Part shown: positions 58,764 through 64,000 of the stretch, in pieces | How the letters are laid out: each line of letters opens with the position of its first letter | How positions within the stretch are numbered: position 1 is the first letter of the stretch | Source of the DNA: Rhodanobacter sp. | GTDB taxonomy: Bacteria; Pseudomonadota; Gammaproteobacteria; Xanthomonadales; Rhodanobacteraceae | Reading direction: 5' to 3' | Length of the DNA stretch: 64,000 nt | Assembly: GCA_041690935.1 (NCBI GenBank) | Contig: JBEPVP010000002.1 | Coordinates: forward strand, 5,718 to 69,717 | Program-made: the position numbers and the translations under genes | Notes under the pieces: model-generated | What the model saw: the letters and a program-made list of their open reading frames with translations, nothing else | Database searches by the model: none | Told to the model about the DNA's origin: nothing

Positions 58764-58971
58764 GGGATGTCCTCGCGTTGGGTCGGCCGTACGTCAGGAG
58801 TAGTTACGGCCGAAGTGATGAAACAGGCTGGCTATCATAACCTCGACGCCAGCCGAGTCCAGACGCCGAGATCCTGAGCGAGTGTCGGCCCGGTCCGACC
58901 AGGGCTGCCTGCGCCGGCCGGCGGGCGCTGCAAGGGTTTTCGGCGCTTTCGACAGCCTGTACGAGCCTGGC

Positions 58972-59664
58972 TCAGGCCACGATGAAGCGATGGCCGACAC
59001 CGGGCTCGGTCTTCAGCCAGCGTGGATTGGTCGGATCGTCGCCCAGCTTCTGGCGCAGTTTGCCGATCACGATGCGCAAATACTGACTGTCGCTGACGTG
59101 GGTCGGACCCCACACCTCGCGCAAAAGCTGTTGCTGGGTGACTACCCGGCCGGCATGCCGCACCAGCATCGCCAGCACCGCGAACTCCTTGCGTGTCAGC
59201 GCCAGTGACGCGCCGTCCAGGCTGACTTCGCGACGGGCCAGGTCGATGCTGAGCCGGCCGTCGTCGTAATGGGGCAGGACCTCCGGTTCGCCCGGTCGAT
59301 TGCGCAACAGCGCGCGCAGCCGCGCCATCAACTCCTGGATGCCGAACGGCTTGGTCATGTAGTCGTTGGCGCCGTGATCGAGCGCGCGCACCTTCTCGCT
59401 CTCGGCATCGCGCACGGACAGCATCAGCACCGGGACCTGGCTCCACTGGCGCAGTTCGTCCAGCACGTCGTGACCTTCCATGTCGGGCAAACCGATATCG
59501 AGAATGACCAGATCCGGCGACTGCGTCACCGCCAGCGCCAGTCCTTCTTTCGCGTTCGCCGCCAGCAGCACCTCGTAGCCCTCCGCGCGCAGGCCGATGT
59601 CGAGGAAACGGCGGATCTGCGCCTCGTCATCGATCACCAGGATGCGTGGAGCGGATGAGGTCAT
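58972..59664 (-). CDS. kdpE: response regulator KdpE
   Basis: Receiver ILVIDDE, DIGLPD; OmpR winged helix; KLGDDPTNPR, TEPGVG; follows kdpD. Confidence 0.93.
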   Translation of the reverse strand: MTSSAPRILVIDDEAQIRRFLDIGLRAEGYEVLLAANAKEGLALAVTQSPDLVILDIGLPDMEGHDVLDELRQWSQVPVLMLSVRDAESEKVRALDHGANDYMTKPFGIQELMARLRALLRNRPGEPEVLPHYDDGRLSIDLARREVSLDGASLALTRKEFAVLAMLVRHAGRVVTQQQLLREVWGPTHVSDSQYLRIVIGKLRQKLGDDPTNPRWLKTEPGVGHRFIVA

Positions 59665-62336
59665 GATTCGATATCGGGCGGCGGTGGTAGCGGCAGGCTG
59701 ATGCGGATGGTGGTGCCGACGCCGTCGCCGGGCAAGGCCTCCACGCTGCCGCCATGTGCGCCGATCATGCCGCGGCAGATCGCCAGGCCCAGCCCGGTGC
59801 CCTGCGGTGCGCGGTCGCCGCGCGACACCGAATAGAACATGTCGAAGATGCGCGCGCGTTCGTCCTCCGGAATACCCGGACCGCGGTCGCTGACGTCGAT
59901 CAGCAGGCGACTATCGGTGCTGCGCACGATCACGCGCACGGCCTCTTCCGGCGGCGAGAAGCGCGCGGCGTTCTCCAGGATGTTGAACAGCGCCTGCTCG
60001 ATCAGCGCGGGATGTACGTAGAGCAGCACCGCCTCGCCGGGCGCCACGGTTTCTACGCGGAGATCGGGAAACAGCTTGCGCAGCCGCGTCACCGCCGCGG
60101 CGACGATCTCCGCACTGTCGGTCCAGTCGCGGTTGAGCTTCAGCGTGCCGTGGCCGAGCCGGGTCATGTCGAGCAGGTTCTGGATGTAGCGATCCAGCCG
60201 CTGGCCTTCGCCGAGGATCGCATGTAGCAGCTCGCGGCGTTCTTCCGGCGGCAATTTCTCTTCGTAGCTGATCAACGTGCCGGCCGCGCCGATCATCGAG
60301 GCCAGCGGCGAGCGCAGGTCGTGCGACACGGACGACAGCAGCGCATTGCGCAGGCGCTCGGTCTCGCCCTGCACGCGTGCACCTTCCAGTTCATCCGACA
60401 GCCGCGCGCGCTCCAGTGCCTGACCGATGTCCTGCGTCATCGCCAGCGCGAGGCTGCGGCGGTCGGCATCCGGCTCGCCCGCCACCGGCTCGAAGTTCAG
60501 CGCGACCACGCCCAGCGGACGGTTTTCGCTGCCCAGCGGCAGCACCCAGCACGGCGCGGCATTCAACGTGTCGGTGGAGCGGCCGGCCTGCTCGCCATGC
60601 CGGTCGCTCCAGTCGGCGGCGGCCAGATCCTGCGCGGACAGCGAGCGCTCGTGTGGCGCGCTCGCCATCACACGCAGCACCTGCTCCGCATCGCGGGCAA
60701 GGATCGCGGCCTCGCAACGCAGTGCATGCGCCAGCGCCTTGCTGCCGGCATGGCGAATACCGCCCGCATCGGTGCTGGCCGTCAGTTGTTGGCCCAGCGC
60801 CAACAGCGCGCGCGTCTGTGCATGCGCGGCGCGCAGCGATTCGACCTGACTGGCCAGCCGCGTGGCGAGGCGGCTGCATACCAGCGCCGCCAGCAGGAAC
60901 AGCGTCACCGCCAGCACGTCGTCGAGATTGGCGATCGCCAGCGTGTAACGCGGCGGCGCAAAGAAGAAGTTGTAGCCGAGGAAACACAGAATGGCCGTAT
61001 AGACGGCCACCGACATCCGCGTACGCACCGCCACCACCAGCACCGCGGTGAGGAAGATCAGCGACAGATTGGCCACCGACAGGTAGCGGTCGGCCACAAA
61101 AGACAGTCCAAACGCCACCAGCGTGGCGAGCGTGGCGTAGACATACTCGCCACGCGAGCCGCGTCCGCCCGGCATGCGCAGCCGCTGGCGCGCCTTCGCC
61201 CGCTCGGCCGGCGTGGCAATGATGGTCAGCTCCAGGTGCGCGCCGCGGCGCAGCAGCAGCTGGGTCAGCGAGCGGCCCAGCATGCGCGCCACCACCCGCT
61301 CGCGGGTGCGGCCGAGGATGATCTGGCCGACGCCTTCGCGATCCGCATGCGCGATCAGCTCGTCGGCAATCGCATGGCCGCGCAGGATGATCGACTCACC
61401 GCCCAGCCGGCGCGCCAGCCGCATCGCCGCGTCCAGTTGTTCGCGCCGTGCCGGCGCCAGCGCCGCACCGGTGTCCACAAACGCCACGCTCCACGGTGCG
61501 CCGCGCCGCTCGGCGATGCGGCGCGCCACACGCACCAGGTATTCGCTCTGGCCGTGACCGTCGATTGCGGCCAGCACGCGGCGACGCACCGGCATCGCGC
61601 TGCCGCGCGCCAGCATGTGTTCGCGCAGGTCGCTGTCGACGTGGCTGGCGATGGTGTCCACCGCCAGCTCGCGCAAGGCGGCCAGGTTGGTCGGCGAGAA
61701 GAACGCGTTGAGCGCGGCGGCCGCCGTCTCCGGCACGTAGACCTTGCCTTGCTTCAGCCGGACGATCAGCTCGCGCGGCGGCAGGTCGACCAGCACGATG
61801 TCGCGCGCCCGGTCGAGAAACACGTCCGGCACGGTCTCGCGCACGGTGACGCCGGTGATCCGCCGCACCTGGTCGTTGAGGCTCTCCAGATGCTGCACGT
61901 TCAACGCGCTGTATACCTCGATGCCCGCATCAAGCAGTTCGGCGATGTCCTGCCAGCGCCGCTCGTGCCGACCGCCGGGCAGGTTGCGATGCGCCAGCTC
62001 ATCGACCAGCAGCACCGCCGGCTTGCGCGTCAGTGCCGCGTCCAGGTCAAACTCACTGAAGTCGCGCTCGTGGTAGCGCACGGCACGACGCGGCAGCACC
62101 TCCATGCCTTCCAGCAACGCGGCGGTCTCGGCACGGCCGTGCGTCTCGACCAAGCCGACCACCACATCGACGCCCTGCCGCTTCAGCTCGCGCGCGGCGG
62201 ACAGCATCGCGTAGGTCTTGCCGACACCGGGCGCGGCGCCGAGGAACACTTTCAGCCGCCGGCTGTGCTCGTCATGCGCGGTGCTGAGCAAGGCATCGGC
62301 ACGCGCTTCGCGGGAGGGTTCGGTCATGGTTGCCAT
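59661..62336 (-). CDS. kdpD: sensor histidine kinase KdpD
   Basis: GAAPGVGKTYAML, LVDELAH, NVQHLESLND, USP, TM and GAF regions, SHDLRSPL, GTGLGL. Confidence 0.96.
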   Translation of the reverse strand: MATMTEPSREARADALLSTAHDEHSRRLKVFLGAAPGVGKTYAMLSAARELKRQGVDVVVGLVETHGRAETAALLEGMEVLPRRAVRYHERDFSEFDLDAALTRKPAVLLVDELAHRNLPGGRHERRWQDIAELLDAGIEVYSALNVQHLESLNDQVRRITGVTVRETVPDVFLDRARDIVLVDLPPRELIVRLKQGKVYVPETAAAALNAFFSPTNLAALRELAVDTIASHVDSDLREHMLARGSAMPVRRRVLAAIDGHGQSEYLVRVARRIAERRGAPWSVAFVDTGAALAPARREQLDAAMRLARRLGGESIILRGHAIADELIAHADREGVGQIILGRTRERVVARMLGRSLTQLLLRRGAHLELTIIATPAERAKARQRLRMPGGRGSRGEYVYATLATLVAFGLSFVADRYLSVANLSLIFLTAVLVVAVRTRMSVAVYTAILCFLGYNFFFAPPRYTLAIANLDDVLAVTLFLLAALVCSRLATRLASQVESLRAAHAQTRALLALGQQLTASTDAGGIRHAGSKALAHALRCEAAILARDAEQVLRVMASAPHERSLSAQDLAAADWSDRHGEQAGRSTDTLNAAPCWVLPLGSENRPLGVVALNFEPVAGEPDADRRSLALAMTQDIGQALERARLSDELEGARVQGETERLRNALLSSVSHDLRSPLASMIGAAGTLISYEEKLPPEERRELLHAILGEGQRLDRYIQNLLDMTRLGHGTLKLNRDWTDSAEIVAAAVTRLRKLFPDLRVETVAPGEAVLLYVHPALIEQALFNILENAARFSPPEEAVRVIVRSTDSRLLIDVSDRGPGIPEDERARIFDMFYSVSRGDRAPQGTGLGLAICRGMIGAHGGSVEALPGDGVGTTIRISLPLPPPPDIES

Positions 62337-62360
62337 CTTCGCCGGTTTGCGAGCCTTTGG

Positions 62361-62504
62361 CTCCCCTCCCCTCGGGAGAGAGGGCTGGGGTGAGGGGCGG
62401 GTGCTCGCGTCATTCTCACATCGGGGCCCGCTTTGATCAGCATCGACGCGAGCACCCGCCCCTCATCCGCCCTGCGGGCACCTTCTCCCCAACGGGGAGA
62501 AGGG
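62361..62504. repeat. composite palindromic intergenic element (REP/CIR-like)
   Basis: Two inverted CCCTCA..CC(T/C)TCTC-type hairpin units flank a perfect 21-bp inverted repeat (62391-62411 / 62445-62465). Confidence 0.75.
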
Positions 62505-62518
62505 TTTGGAGGCTAGCG

Positions 62519-63088
62519 CTACGGCGCATCCAGCGCGAGGTTGAGCTGCAGGACATTCACCCGTGCCTCGCCGAGCAGGCCGAACTGGCGGCCGCTGGTG
62601 TATTCGTTCACCAGCGCCTGGACCTGGTCGACGCTCAGCCCGCGTGACCTGGCCACGCGCGCGATCTGGTACTGCGTCGCGGCCGGGCTGATCTCCGGAT
62701 CCAGACCGCTGCCCGAGGCGGTGACCAGATCCACCGGCACCGGCGCGGTGTTGCCCGGATCGGCCGCACGCAGCGCGGCGATACGCTGCTTCACTGCATC
62801 GGTGAGTGCCGGATTGGTCGGACCGAGATTGGAGCCCGACGAGGCGCTGGCGTTGTACGCATTCGGCGCGGTCGCCGACGGCCGGCCCCAGAAGTACTTC
62901 GGGTCGGTGAACGACTGGCCGATCAGCGCCGAGCCGACCGGCTTGCCGTCCTTCACGATCAGGCTGCCATTGGCCTGCTGCGGAAAGACCAGCCGGGCCA
63001 GCCCGGTCGCCACCAGTGGATACAGCACGCCGGTGATGACGGTCATCACCAGCAGCAGGACAAAGGATTGACGCAACAGCTTGCTCAT
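62519..63088 (-). CDS. kdpC: K+-transporting ATPase subunit C
   Basis: [53 protein letters not shown]. Confidence 0.95.
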   Translation of the reverse strand: MSKLLRQSFVLLLVMTVITGVLYPLVATGLARLVFPQQANGSLIVKDGKPVGSALIGQSFTDPKYFWGRPSATAPNAYNASASSGSNLGPTNPALTDAVKQRIAALRAADPGNTAPVPVDLVTASGSGLDPEISPAATQYQIARVARSRGLSVDQVQALVNEYTSGRQFGLLGEARVNVLQLNLALDAP

Positions 63089-63165
63089 GGAAGTGCTCCG
63101 TTCTTTCTGGAAAGTGCGGCCATGGATGGCCGCTTGCTGCTTTTCGTGATCATGGATCGATCGCA

Positions 63166-63963
63166 CTAGAAGCTTCCCTGCAGCATCACGAAACCGCGCG
63201 AACCGCCAACGTTGCGCGTGTCCCCGGCATCGAGAAAGCTGGACGTGCGGCGGTAGAAATCCGCGTTGGTGGCGTAGGCCACGCCTGCGCTCAGCGACCA
63301 GTGCGCAGCCATCTGGTACTTCAGCGTGGCGCCGAAATCGCTGTAGCCGGGGTCGCGCGCACCATTGGCCAGCGGCGCCATCAGCGTGGTGGTGTAGTGC
63401 GTGTGGCCCGCGTGCAACGCCAGGCTCCACGCATCGATCAACGGTATCGCGGCGTCCAGCTGCAGGTAGCCGGCGCCCTTCGAATCGCCGCGGTAGCCCT
63501 GCTCGGTGTCCACGCCGAAATAATCAGTGAGCGAGCGGTTGTACTTCAGCGTGAACTGCTTCCAGCTCAGCGCGACGTTGGCCTCGGCGGTGTTCAGCGA
63601 GCGCGAGGGCAGTCCGGCCTGATCGAGATTGGCGCCGGGATAGACATAGCCATAGATGCCGGCGCGCCACGACCAGTCGCTGTCGATCGCCTGGCCGTAA
63701 CTGGCATACAGGTCCAGCTCCATCGCGCCGCCGGGATAGCTGCGCTCGCTGATGCTCGAACCCCAGAAACCGGCGGCAAAGCCGTTCGGGTTCGCGTAGT
63801 CGGCACCGCCCTGGATCGCCGGGCGACCCCACGTCTGGGTCAGGCCGCGGAACATGTAATCGGAGGTCACCGCGACATTGCCGCTGATGTCGTCTGCCGG
63901 TGCGCTATGGGCAAGACTGGGCAGGAGTGCCGCGACGAGCGCGGTCAGTGCAAGGATGCGCAT
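63166..63963 (-). CDS. TorF-family putative porin
   Basis: [29 protein letters not shown]; signal peptide; C-terminal Phe. Confidence 0.82.
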   Translation of the reverse strand: MRILALTALVAALLPSLAHSAPADDISGNVAVTSDYMFRGLTQTWGRPAIQGGADYANPNGFAAGFWGSSISERSYPGGAMELDLYASYGQAIDSDWSWRAGIYGYVYPGANLDQAGLPSRSLNTAEANVALSWKQFTLKYNRSLTDYFGVDTEQGYRGDSKGAGYLQLDAAIPLIDAWSLALHAGHTHYTTTLMAPLANGARDPGYSDFGATLKYQMAAHWSLSAGVAYATNADFYRRTSSFLDAGDTRNVGGSRGFVMLQGSF

Positions 63964-64000
63964 CAGGACAACCCCAGCAGAACCAGCAACATGTCGATGA
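63963..64000 (-). CDS. kdpB: C-terminal fragment of K+-transporting ATPase subunit B (truncated by window edge)
   Basis: Reverse strand reads IDMLLVLLGLS*, resembling KdpB termini; its stop overlaps the TorF start; consistent kdp context. Confidence 0.6.
   Translation of the reverse strand, partial: IDMLLVLLGLS

Noticed and set aside
1-64000. CRISPR arrays, tRNA/rRNA genes, riboswitches (e.g. cobalamin near the rSAM genes), IS elements
   Set aside because: None recognised by eye; an Infernal/Rfam and tRNAscan search would be needed to exclude structured RNAs.

Overview
High-GC bacterial chromosome segment; gene content and style suggest Rhodanobacteraceae/Xanthomonadales (inference). It holds four blocks. 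(1) 0.1-26 kb: a LacI-associated N-glycan/mannoside utilisation locus with two GH92, GH20, a TonB-dependent receptor, GH18, GH29, glucokinase, GH125 and GH2, plus a divergent LacI, sugar MFS, PfkB kinase, mannose-isomerase-like enzyme and M1 peptidase, and four copies of a putative LacI operator. (2) 26-50 kb: an unusual accessory cluster. A Wzx/Wzy/Wzz polysaccharide pathway with dTDP-3-amino-3,6-dideoxyhexose genes runs into two B12-type radical SAM enzymes, three methyltransferases, an amidohydrolase, a nucleotidyltransferase-family protein, an HprK-like kinase and an ABC exporter. (3) 50-58 kb: cytochrome b561, a Cyc2-like cytochrome-porin fusion and cytochrome c, followed by an OM protein, ECF sigma, zinc anti-sigma and a lipoprotein subtilase. 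(4) 58-64 kb: ssb and kdpB(end)-TorF porin-kdpC-kdpD-kdpE, with a composite palindromic repeat. No rRNA, tRNA, CRISPR array or transposase was recognised. All product calls come from motif recognition, not database searches.
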